Part shown: positions 1-6,399 of the stretch, piece by piece
How the letters are laid out: each line of letters begins with the position of its first letter
Numbering within the stretch: position 1 is the stretch's first letter
Origin: Klebsiella phage PWKp18
Reading direction: 5' to 3' (one strand)
DNA length: 24,000 nucleotides
Sequence record: MZ634349.1
Translations under genes and position numbers: made by a program
The notes under the pieces: generated by a model
Told to the model about the DNA's origin: nothing
The model's input: the letters and a program-made list of their open reading frames with translations, nothing else
Databases searched by the model: none

Positions 1-16
1 ATCCTCTTTTTAACGT

Positions 17-52
17 GTTAGTATCTCTTTACATCAAACAGGAGATACTAAC
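17..52 (+). promoter_or_regulatory. Perfect 11-bp inverted repeat immediately 5' of the ART start codon
   Basis: GTTAGTATCTC (17-27), 14-nt loop, GAGATACTAAC (42-52), ATG at 53; the GGAG Shine-Dalgarno lies at the base of the right arm. Confidence 0.7.
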
Positions 53-655
53 ATGCTTATCCAAATCAGTTCAGAAGAAAAAGTTCGTCAAAGTATCCAG
101 TCTAAAGTGGAAGAAAAATTCACAGATATGGAACAAAGTACTCTGTGGCTTTGTCTGAATGATAAGAACGAAGAACTTATCCATTCCAGGCTGAACCCAA
201 TAGTACGTAAGCACATGTCTACTACGGTACCATCAGAATTGTATCGTGGGGTGACACTGATTGAAGCGCAAAAACTTTATAATCTAGCTGAAGGTGATAC
301 ATTTACTTTAGGACGTGTTACAAGCTTCAGCTCTGATTTCTCCACTGCCAAGCAGTTTGCTTCTAAATGGCATTATGATTCAAATCTGATTCTGAGCATA
401 CAGAACTGCCCGTGGGCATACAATTATCAAGAAGATATCACTAATATTCTTCTTGGTGCTCCTGATGAAGAATACATGGGTTTAGTGTCAACTGAAGATC
501 AACGCGAGGATAAGTTAGATATGGTTCAAGGTGAGTGTGAGTTTATGCTTCCTTCGGAAGCAGCGTACCGCATATTACGTATTGAAGATAAATCTAATCC
601 AGATACAAACACGACGGATTATACTATTCTTCATCTGGAACTTATCAGCTGGTAA
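53..655 (+). CDS. modA: ModA/ModB/Alt-type NAD+:protein mono-ADP-ribosyltransferase
   Basis: 200 aa, same length as T4 ModA as I recall it; R-S-E ART motifs: LYRGV, TSFSSDFSTAKQFA, and E-x-E in GECEFMLPSEAAYRI; position near dda as in T4. modA versus modB assignment is uncertain. Confidence 0.85.
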   Translation: MLIQISSEEKVRQSIQSKVEEKFTDMEQSTLWLCLNDKNEELIHSRLNPIVRKHMSTTVPSELYRGVTLIEAQKLYNLAEGDTFTLGRVTSFSSDFSTAKQFASKWHYDSNLILSIQNCPWAYNYQEDITNILLGAPDEEYMGLVSTEDQREDKLDMVQGECEFMLPSEAAYRILRIEDKSNPDTNTTDYTILHLELISW

Positions 656-723
656 TAGCCTGAAGCCAAAGATCCATGAAACCATTATACCGTTAAAAAT
701 TCTAAAGCAAATAAGGGTTCAAA

Positions 724-915
724 ATGCACAAGTTCTTAATCATGTTGTGGTACACTATAGATGGCGAACACTACCATTCCAGCTTCGAAAAAACTATCTT
801 CGGACCTGACGTCCACTGGGTAGCCCAGCAGTACGCTGAAGTCAACGATAACTGCCTGTGCAAAATCTTCTTAGGCGACCGCAAAATCGCTGAGCACGGA
901 AGCCATAAACAATAG
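724..915 (+). CDS. Small hypothetical protein (63 aa)
   Basis: ORF preceded by AATAAGG; fills the gap between the ART gene and the next promoter. Confidence 0.5.
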   Translation: MHKFLIMLWYTIDGEHYHSSFEKTIFGPDVHWVAQQYAEVNDNCLCKIFLGDRKIAEHGSHKQ

Positions 916-944
916 TTTACAGTGGTGTAGGAGCATGTTACTAT
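915..944 (+). promoter_or_regulatory. Putative early (sigma70-type) promoter
   Basis: GTTTAC (915-920), 18 nt, TACTAT (939-944); dyad GGTGTAGGAG (924-933)/CTTCTACACC (946-955) surrounds the -10. Confidence 0.6.
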
Positions 945-973
945 ACTTCTACACCAACATTGAGGATAAAATC

Positions 974-1714
974 ATGCAAGCATCTAACCAAGTTATCGTA
1001 GCGCGTCGTCTGGCTAAAACTTTTGAATCTGCTAAGTCCAGAGGCAAAGAATTCAACCTTACCTTTGAATACCTGGCTAATGTATTAGCCCAGACTCACT
1101 GTGCTTATTCGGGTGAAGAGTTCTCAGGCACAGGTCTCGATTCACTAACTCTTGAAAGGTGGGATAACGACAAAGGCTACGTCATTGGCAATGTTATTCC
1201 GGTTAAAGAGAAATATAACTCTGCTAGAGGCAATTATTCTATAGAGAAAATGGAAGCTCTTGCTAAAGAAAAATCGGCCCGCATAGTCCGTGGTTCTGAT
1301 AATAAACCTGTAACATTGGCTGAAGAAACTCAGGCTAAAATTAAGCTCATCGAGAAAAATATCGAAGGCATAAAAAGCCGCCGCGAAGGTCGTATTGCAG
1401 CTCTGAATTCTATTCTCTCTGAAGAATATCTTGACGAAGCCCGTAAGGTAATGATAGCTTCTCTCAAAGCCAGAATTGAAGGTGCTAAGGCTGAGATTGG
1501 CCGGCAAGAAGCTACTCTGTTTGCTCTTCGTGATGGGCGTAGCATTAAGAACGCTACTAAGCTCTCTAAAGCAGAGGAACAGGTTCGTAATTATGGTATA
1601 ATTGTTGAAGCTCTTAAACGTTTAGAAAAACGTAACTGGTTGGATACTAAGAAGTTGGAAAAAGGATTGCCATTGAATTGTTCACTGCTTCAATTAATTA
1701 AAGGTAAAATGTAA
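974..1714 (+). CDS. HNH-like endonuclease / HNH-fold protein (246 aa)
   Basis: Contains CAYSGEEFS...LTLERWDNDKGYVIGNVIPV, the typical phage HNH-like layout (ER.dn.kGYv.GNv.pv). ORF track starts at 935, but ATG 974 has GAGG at 962-965 and lies downstream of the promoter. Confidence 0.6.
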   Translation: MQASNQVIVARRLAKTFESAKSRGKEFNLTFEYLANVLAQTHCAYSGEEFSGTGLDSLTLERWDNDKGYVIGNVIPVKEKYNSARGNYSIEKMEALAKEKSARIVRGSDNKPVTLAEETQAKIKLIEKNIEGIKSRREGRIAALNSILSEEYLDEARKVMIASLKARIEGAKAEIGRQEATLFALRDGRSIKNATKLSKAEEQVRNYGIIVEALKRLEKRNWLDTKKLEKGLPLNCSLLQLIKGKM

Positions 1715-2022
1715 TGATGATGCACTATGGATACGTTATTGCATATAAAGATAAGCCCGGTTTTGTGCTTCCTTACGAATACGGCGGGTGCTGCAAAGTC
1801 TTCTCTGATGAAGCCAAAGCTAAAAATGAATATGAGGCTTTAAAAGCTTATCTGGAACATAAATTTGTTACCCGAGTTAAGTCTGTAGAGCGTCGAGTCG
1901 TCCCCCGTAAGTGGTGGTTCCCTAAAGTGCTTATTGTGACAACGCACTATAGTGATGACGAACTTAAATCTCTCCGCCAAATCATCAACACACTATACGT
2001 TAAAAAGGTAAGATTAGCTTGA
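1714..2022 (+). CDS. Hypothetical protein (102 aa)
   Basis: TAATG overlap with upstream stop; tight packing before dda. Confidence 0.65.
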   Translation: MMMHYGYVIAYKDKPGFVLPYEYGGCCKVFSDEAKAKNEYEALKAYLEHKFVTRVKSVERRVVPRKWWFPKVLIVTTHYSDDELKSLRQIINTLYVKKVRLA

Positions 2023-3347
2023 TTACGTTCGATATGCTGAACAAAGGTCAGAAGAAAGCCTTTGACTATATTATCAGTCGTATTAAAGCCGGTAAAGGAA
2101 ACCATATCACTCTAAATGGCCCGGCTGGAACTGGTAAAACCACGATGACCAAATTCATCGTTGATTACTTGATTTCTCAAGGAGTATCTGGTGTCGTTTT
2201 AGCTGCTCCTACGCATGCCGCTAAAAAAGTATTAAGCAAACTGTCTGGTATTGAAGCTCGGACAATCCACAGCTTGTTGAAAATTAACCCGACGACATAT
2301 GAAGACTCTGTAACATTTGAGCAAAAAGGCGATGTAGACGTATCTGAACTACGGGTGGTTGTTTGCGACGAAGCCTCTATGTACGACCGAAAACTGTTCC
2401 AGATTCTGATGGCCACCATTCCACGGTATTGTCTTGTCATTGCTATAGGCGATAAAGCTCAGATTCGTCCTGTAGAACCTGGCTCTACTGTACCAGCCCT
2501 GTCACCGTTCTTCAGTCATAAGGATTTTGATCAGCTTGAACTTGATGAAGTGATGCGTAGTAATGCTCCTATCATTAAAGTAGCTACAGATATCCGTAAT
2601 GGTAAATGGATCTATGACCACCAACGTGACGGTCATGGTGTTCACGGATTCACATCAACAACAGCTCTTAAAGATTTCATGATGAAGTATTTTGAAATCG
2701 TTAAAGACCCTGAAGATATGTTCGAAAACAAGATGTTTGCTTTCACTAACAAATCTGTTGATAAATTGAACTCTATTATTAGGCGACGAATTCTTGAGAC
2801 AGAAGATGCTTTTATCACAGGTGAAGTTATAGTAATGCAAGAGCCTTTGATCAAAGAGCTTGAATTCGAAGGTAAGAGGTTTAACGACCTTAAATTTAAT
2901 AACGGGCAATACGTTCGTATTGTAAGTGCTGAATACGTTTCATCTTTTGTTTCTTGTAAAGGTGTCTCTGGTGAGTATATGCTTCGGCACTGGCGATTAA
3001 CGGTAGAAACTTACGACAAAGATGAAGATTATCATCTAGAAACTATCAACGTTATCTCTGATGAACAAGAACAAAATAAGTTCCAGTTCTTTTTGGCTAA
3101 GGCTGCTGATACATATCGCAACTGGCAGAAAGGTGGTAAAGCTCCATGGAAATCTTTCTGGGCCGCTAAACGCATGTTTCATAAAGTAAAACCTCTGCCG
3201 GCTTCAACATTCCATAAAGCCCAAGGATTGTCGGTCGATACGAGTTTCTTGTATACACCTTGTATTCATGTAGCTGATGCTGAATTAGCTCAACAATTAT
3301 TGTACGTCGGCACTACCCGCGGACGCCATGATGTTTATTATGTATAG
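2019..3347 (+). CDS. dda: Dda-like SF1B DNA helicase
   Basis: Walker A GPAGTGKTT, DEASMYD (Walker B-type), GDKAQIRPVEPG, C-terminal FHKAQGLSVD...YVGTTRGRHDVYYV; 442 aa versus about 439 aa for T4 Dda. Start is TTG 2019 (RBS AAAAGG at 2004-2008) or ATG 2034. Confidence 0.95.
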   Translation: MITFDMLNKGQKKAFDYIISRIKAGKGNHITLNGPAGTGKTTMTKFIVDYLISQGVSGVVLAAPTHAAKKVLSKLSGIEARTIHSLLKINPTTYEDSVTFEQKGDVDVSELRVVVCDEASMYDRKLFQILMATIPRYCLVIAIGDKAQIRPVEPGSTVPALSPFFSHKDFDQLELDEVMRSNAPIIKVATDIRNGKWIYDHQRDGHGVHGFTSTTALKDFMMKYFEIVKDPEDMFENKMFAFTNKSVDKLNSIIRRRILETEDAFITGEVIVMQEPLIKELEFEGKRFNDLKFNNGQYVRIVSAEYVSSFVSCKGVSGEYMLRHWRLTVETYDKDEDYHLETINVISDEQEQNKFQFFLAKAADTYRNWQKGGKAPWKSFWAAKRMFHKVKPLPASTFHKAQGLSVDTSFLYTPCIHVADAELAQQLLYVGTTRGRHDVYYV

Positions 3348-3354
3348 GTGAACT

Positions 3355-3576
3355 ATGTTACGCATTAACGAATATACAGCTAACAAATTAATTGAATCTT
3401 ATGACACTCGCCATGAAACCATGATGCCTCACCAAGCTGAAGCAATGTATAAGGTTCGTTGCATTTGTGAAAATGCTATTAGTGTTGCATCTTATCTAGG
3501 AGCAACTCCAGACATCATTATTCCGAGCAGTTTAGTTGAAGTTATGTCAACAATTGCTTATGAAGGTAAACTATGA
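3355..3576 (+). CDS. Small conserved protein resembling T4 Dda.1
   Basis: 73 aa between dda and dexA, YDTRHETMMPHQAEAMYKVRCICE...IIIPSSLVEVMSTIAYEGKL; synteny with T4. Confidence 0.7.
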   Translation: MLRINEYTANKLIESYDTRHETMMPHQAEAMYKVRCICENAISVASYLGATPDIIIPSSLVEVMSTIAYEGKL

Positions 3577-4256
3577 TTGATATTATTATCGACTACGAAA
3601 CATTTGCTACAACTTCTAACTCTGCGGCAATTGACCTGAGTTTAATTGCCTATAACTCAGACCCTGAAGTGGTTCAATCTTTAGATGAACTTATCTCTAA
3701 AGGTCTGCGGGTTAAATTCGACTTAGCTTCACAGAAAGGCTCCAGATTATTCTCTAAGTCAACTTTAGCTTGGTGGAAGGACCAATCTCCAGAAGCCCGT
3801 AAGAACTTAGTCCCATCTGTCGAAGATAAAACAGTTATCGAAGGCATTAAGATTGTCCTGGATTGGATTCGCGAACAAGGTGTAGATCCATGGAACAGCC
3901 AGATGTGGTGCCGTGGAATGAGCTTCGATATTCCTATTTTCACAGATATGATTCGTGAATTGTATCGTGCTGAAGGCATTCCTGAAAATGAAATCGATAC
4001 CTTTAAGCTTGAGCCTGTCAAGTTCTGGAATCAGCGTGATATCCGTACTGCTATTGAAGCATACAGTATGGTACGCGGTATGACCACAACTCCTCTGCCT
4101 AATGGTACTCTAAAAGGCTTCGTAGCTCATGACAGTCTTCATGATTGTGCTAAAGATATTTTGATGTTAAAATATGCACAACGTTATGCTCTTGGTCTGG
4201 ATGAATGTCCGTCTGAAGCTGAAGCCGATCCACTCTCATTGAGTAAAACACGATGA
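3573..4256 (+). CDS. dexA: DexA-like 3'-5' exonuclease (DnaQ-like)
   Basis: IIIDYETFAT (DxE), FDLxSQKGxRLFxKST, WCRGMSFDIPI, FWNQRDIRT, AHDxxHDCAKDILM; 227 aa as in T4. Confidence 0.95.
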   Translation: MIDIIIDYETFATTSNSAAIDLSLIAYNSDPEVVQSLDELISKGLRVKFDLASQKGSRLFSKSTLAWWKDQSPEARKNLVPSVEDKTVIEGIKIVLDWIREQGVDPWNSQMWCRGMSFDIPIFTDMIRELYRAEGIPENEIDTFKLEPVKFWNQRDIRTAIEAYSMVRGMTTTPLPNGTLKGFVAHDSLHDCAKDILMLKYAQRYALGLDECPSEAEADPLSLSKTR

Positions 4257-4426
4257 ACGACTTTGAGTATGATGAAAACTTTGAAGAATGGTTTAACTCG
4301 ACCATTCTTCCTGAAATCTCCCCAAGTATGGTTTTAGTTGTTAAAGCAACTATGGCGAAAGGTTGGGAAGCTGGTTATAATTTTGGTGTTGACACCGGTA
4401 TTGAACTTTCTAACTGTATTCGCTAA
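4253..4426 (+). CDS. Small hypothetical protein (57 aa), not in supplied track
   Basis: ATGA overlap with dexA stop, open to TAA at 4424-4426: MNDFEYDENFEEWFNSTILPEISPSMVLVVKATMAKGWEAGYNFGVDTGIELSNCIR. Confidence 0.7.
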   Translation: MNDFEYDENFEEWFNSTILPEISPSMVLVVKATMAKGWEAGYNFGVDTGIELSNCIR

Positions 4427-4435
4427 GGAAATAAA

Positions 4436-4879
4436 ATGATTGCTATTGATTCTCTGGTTTACGTATCCTCTCTGTCCCGTTCTCGCCTGGCTGGTAAATT
4501 CGGCGTTGTTGAAGGTATCCGTTTTGGGTGGCTCGGCGGAATCAAAGAATATGTTATCTCTGCTAACGGTGTTACTGGCTACGTATCTCCAATGTATGTT
4601 TCCGAAGCTGAAGCTCCTAAGGTTGAAAAACCAAAAGCTTATGTAACTGATACAGATGTTGCATCAGCTTATGCTTATGCTTGTCCAGTTCTGCCTCTTC
4701 CTATTGACCCGACTGATCTATTGTGCCTTGCAGTTCAAATCGAAACTCCGTTCATCCGTGTCTGCGGTTGGGTTACCGACCAGTGGATTGAAGATGGCGT
4801 CGAACTATTGAACGTAGTTCATGATGGCGATTACTCTGTGGTTCCGCGTTCCGCTGTGAAAAATATTATCACTAAGTAG
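4436..4879 (+). CDS. Hypothetical protein (147 aa)
   Basis: ATG preceded by AAGGAAATAAA; continues the operon. Confidence 0.65.
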   Translation: MIAIDSLVYVSSLSRSRLAGKFGVVEGIRFGWLGGIKEYVISANGVTGYVSPMYVSEAEAPKVEKPKAYVTDTDVASAYAYACPVLPLPIDPTDLLCLAVQIETPFIRVCGWVTDQWIEDGVELLNVVHDGDYSVVPRSAVKNIITK

Positions 4880-4908
4880 TTTACACACATGTAGGAGCAT
4901 GATACTAT
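4879..4908 (+). promoter_or_regulatory. Putative early promoter with perfect dyad around the -10
   Basis: GTTTAC (4879-4884), 18 nt, TACTAT (4903-4908); GTAGGAGCAT (4891-4900)-GATACT-ATGCTCCTAC (4907-4916). Confidence 0.6.
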
Positions 4909-4939
4909 GCTCCTACCAACCAAATGAGAGGAAAACAAA

Positions 4940-5161
4940 ATGAAAGTTGTAGCTACCACAGATTCAAATCGCGACGAATTCGAAGATGTTCTGTTTAACC
5001 CGGACTTAGTAGTTGTGCAGAAAGATATCACTGAATTTTTATGCTGTACACAAATCGTGTATGTCTATAACAAATTAGGCGATACTCTTCCGGCTTATGC
5101 CATCTTCCGTGAAATCTCTGAAAACGGTACTGATTACTGGAAAGAAACTTACGAGGCCTAA
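4940..5161 (+). CDS. Hypothetical protein (73 aa)
   Basis: ATG after GAGAGGAAAACAAA; first ORF after the 4879 promoter. Confidence 0.65.
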   Translation: MKVVATTDSNRDEFEDVLFNPDLVVVQKDITEFLCCTQIVYVYNKLGDTLPAYAIFREISENGTDYWKETYEA

Positions 5162-5162
5162 A

Positions 5163-5876
5163 ATGCAAAACAAATATTTTCGTTTCATCAGCGATGATGC
5201 CCGTGCACAGTTTGAAGCCAACTATTCTTCGAACATTGATATTGCTAATGCTATCCAGAATAGCATTTTTAAAGTTATTCAGGTTGCTATTGATAATGTC
5301 GTAGGTATCCAGTTTAAAAGCGGCGCGGTTCTTACATATAGTAAAGATTGTCTTTACATAACCTGTAGCGAGATGGAAGAATTTTTTGTTGAAGTCTCCG
5401 GCTTTGACGGCGATTCAGGCATTTGGGAAGAAGGTGAAACCTATATCTGCATTAATTTAAAAGGTTTGGTTCAACGTAGTAAGTTAAATGTTCGCTTTGC
5501 TGAACTAGTTCATTTAAATCGGTTTACGGTTTTAGCTGTTGACCATAGCCTTGGCAGCCCTCGTGTTAAAACTGTTCAAGTTGGTAACCAGAAAATCAAT
5601 CTGGCCTTAGTTCAAGCCGAACGTTCGTTCTTTAGTCGTTGGACAGATTTCAAAAACAACATCAACGGTGATATGGTTGTTCAAGAATATCTCGATGAAC
5701 TTGACGAACTCGGCGAACTTGATGAAACCCAAGATGTTGAGAACGACGTCGGTACTGTTGATCCGGCTCCACTAATCCTTGAAGGACCGGCAAAGATTGA
5801 TCTAATCGTGTCAGATGAAAAATCTCGTCTGGCAGCAATTAAATTTTTAGAAGGAACTCGTTTTGCCAACGTATAA
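5163..5876 (+). CDS. Hypothetical protein (237 aa)
   Basis: In-frame ATG 5163 directly after the stop of the previous ORF (MQNKYFRFISDDARAQFEAN...), better than the track start at 5097. Confidence 0.65.
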   Translation: MQNKYFRFISDDARAQFEANYSSNIDIANAIQNSIFKVIQVAIDNVVGIQFKSGAVLTYSKDCLYITCSEMEEFFVEVSGFDGDSGIWEEGETYICINLKGLVQRSKLNVRFAELVHLNRFTVLAVDHSLGSPRVKTVQVGNQKINLALVQAERSFFSRWTDFKNNINGDMVVQEYLDELDELGELDETQDVENDVGTVDPAPLILEGPAKIDLIVSDEKSRLAAIKFLEGTRFANV

Positions 5877-6039
5877 CTATAAATGTGAAGCTTGTGACGA
5901 AGAGCGCGAGTATATTCGTAAAATCTCTGAACGGGATGAGCCGGTAGAGTGCCCGTTCCTGAATTGCGAAGGTAAAATGCACCGCACTGTATCTGCTCCA
6001 GCAGTTCACTATGATGGTCTTAAATCGGGTGATTATTAA
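5863..6039 (+). CDS. FmdB-like zinc-ribbon small protein (58 aa), TTG start
   Basis: TTG 5863 preceded by GAAGGAA: (M)PTYNYKCEACDEEREYIRKISERDEPVECPFLNCEGKMHRTVSAPAVHYDGLKSGDY; four Cys in C-x2-C...C-x4-C and a typical FmdB-type N-terminus. Confidence 0.75.
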   Translation: MPTYNYKCEACDEEREYIRKISERDEPVECPFLNCEGKMHRTVSAPAVHYDGLKSGDY

Positions 6040-6134
6040 TGAGAATGCGTGCACGTCGTATCTGTATGGTATCTGGTGAAATGCGTGAATTTAAACTTAA
6101 TGATGGCCGCACTGTGATTGTGAGAAAACGATGA
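6039..6134 (+). CDS. Tiny basic protein (31 aa)
   Basis: Overlapping TAATG / ATGA junctions on both sides: MRMRARRICMVSGEMREFKLNDGRTVIVRKR. Confidence 0.5.
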   Translation: MRMRARRICMVSGEMREFKLNDGRTVIVRKR

Positions 6135-6334
6135 CTACTTCGGAATCATTTGGCATACATCCATATTACAAGCATTTGACTCACATCTTTACTCTTAAAG
6201 GTCCTGGTCGAATACGGATGATGTATCGTCCAACTAAATTGACAGCTAAACAAAAGCGAGAAGCTAAGAAAGAATTCAGGTCCTTTCTTAAGACTGGTTT
6301 ACACGCTGCAAAGTGGGTAGAAAAATCTAAATAA
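6131..6334 (+). CDS. Hypothetical basic protein (67 aa)
   Basis: ATGA overlap with previous ORF; followed directly by a terminator hairpin. Confidence 0.6.
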   Translation: MTTSESFGIHPYYKHLTHIFTLKGPGRIRMMYRPTKLTAKQKREAKKEFRSFLKTGLHAAKWVEKSK

Positions 6335-6357
6335 GGGCTTCGGCCCTTTTGCTTTTT
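6333..6357 (+). terminator. Rho-independent terminator with C(TTCG)G tetraloop
   Basis: AAGGGC-TTCG-GCCCTT followed by TTGCTTTTT. Confidence 0.75.
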
Positions 6358-6374
6358 AGAATACGGGATAATAT
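6348..6374 (+). promoter_or_regulatory. Putative MotA-dependent middle promoter for the topoisomerase large subunit gene
   Basis: MotA-box-like TTTGCTTTT (6348-6356), 12 nt, TAATAT (6369-6374); ATG at 6400. Confidence 0.5.
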
Positions 6375-6399
6375 AGCTTCCACTACAAGAGGAAATGAA

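Noticed and set aside
531-809. 92-aa + strand ORF overlapping the end of the ART gene
   Set aside because: It overlaps the conserved C-terminal coding part of the ART gene in another frame and has no recognisable domain or good RBS.
1145-1507. 120-aa minus-strand ORF within the HNH-like gene
   Set aside because: Antisense shadow of a convincing + strand gene; low-complexity Ser/Phe composition typical of reverse reading of lysine/glutamate-rich codons.
3674-4021. 115-aa minus-strand ORF within dexA
   Set aside because: Fully antisense to a conserved exonuclease gene; no motif or RBS.
5839-6054. 71-aa minus-strand ORF near the zinc-ribbon gene
   Set aside because: Antisense to the zinc-ribbon and 31-aa genes, which have coherent overlaps and RBS; no independent support.
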